From: a virus
Virus record (IMG/VR): IMGVR_UViG_3300042923_001092
Span: 39,092 to 103,091 of that record
Length of the DNA: 64,000 bases
Reading direction: 5' to 3' (one strand)
The notes beneath the pieces are model-generated. The model ran no database searches. It saw only the letters and a list, made by a program, of their open reading frames with translations, and was not told the origin of the DNA. This document shows positions 63,943 through 64,000 of the stretch, piece by piece (position 1 is the first letter of the stretch; every line of letters starts with the position of its first letter). The translations under genes were made by a program, and so were the position numbers.

Positions 63943-64000
63943 TGGCAATAGTTGTAGAGGAAATAACTTTAATTAAGCTTCTAAAAAAGTTTATAAAGAA

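Noticed and set aside
1-64000. Stop-codon reassignment or diversity-generating retroelement
   Set aside because: Genes are full length and densely packed in the standard code; no reverse transcriptase or template/variable repeat pair was found.

Overview
This 64-kb window is a segment of a large, AT-rich tailed-phage genome, most likely infecting a spore-forming Clostridia/Firmicutes host (host is inferred from the clostridial-type ogg, yyaC, SASP, tandem-OB SSB, AbrB and SigF/G-like sigma). Almost every gene is on the + strand. The layout is as follows. (1) End of a putative holin, then a replication module: SF2 helicase, hairpin-rich candidate origin, DnaC-like loader, DnaB, Ogg glycosylase, primase, PcrA. 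(2) An unusual sigma-70-family gene carrying a C2H2 zinc finger. (3) An eight-gene nucleotide cluster at 13.2-19.8 kb directly upstream of a DnaE polymerase: FAD oxidoreductase, NTP-PPase/HAD fusion, NMP kinase, Fe-S aldo-keto reductase, radical SAM/SPASM, small ORF, divergent ThyX paralogue, and a truncated thymidylate-synthase-like protein with the dCMP-type Asp. This is my best candidate for an undescribed DNA base (probably cytosine) hypermodification pathway, because ordinary dTTP supply (canonical ThyX, Tmk, dCMP deaminase) is encoded separately. (4) Recombination/repair genes: UvsY-like, SSB, RecA, SbcCD, RuvC, 5'-3' exonuclease, ligase, HU, plus an Acb2/Tad1-like sponge candidate, NusG and a T-loop structured RNA. 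(5) A long accessory/early region with sporulation-related genes, a MazF-like orphan, MazG and an ART-fold/NADAR pair. (6) A GC-rich non-coding island full of GAGCTC-type palindromes near 62.6-63.1 kb. Two promoter classes are readable directly from the DNA: sigmaA-type TTTACA-N17-TATAAT (8 sites) and a SigF-like GTTWA-N15-(T/G)RATATWWTW class (17 sites). No CRISPR array, rRNA, canonical tRNA, intein or intron was found. All functional calls are by motif recognition, without database searches.
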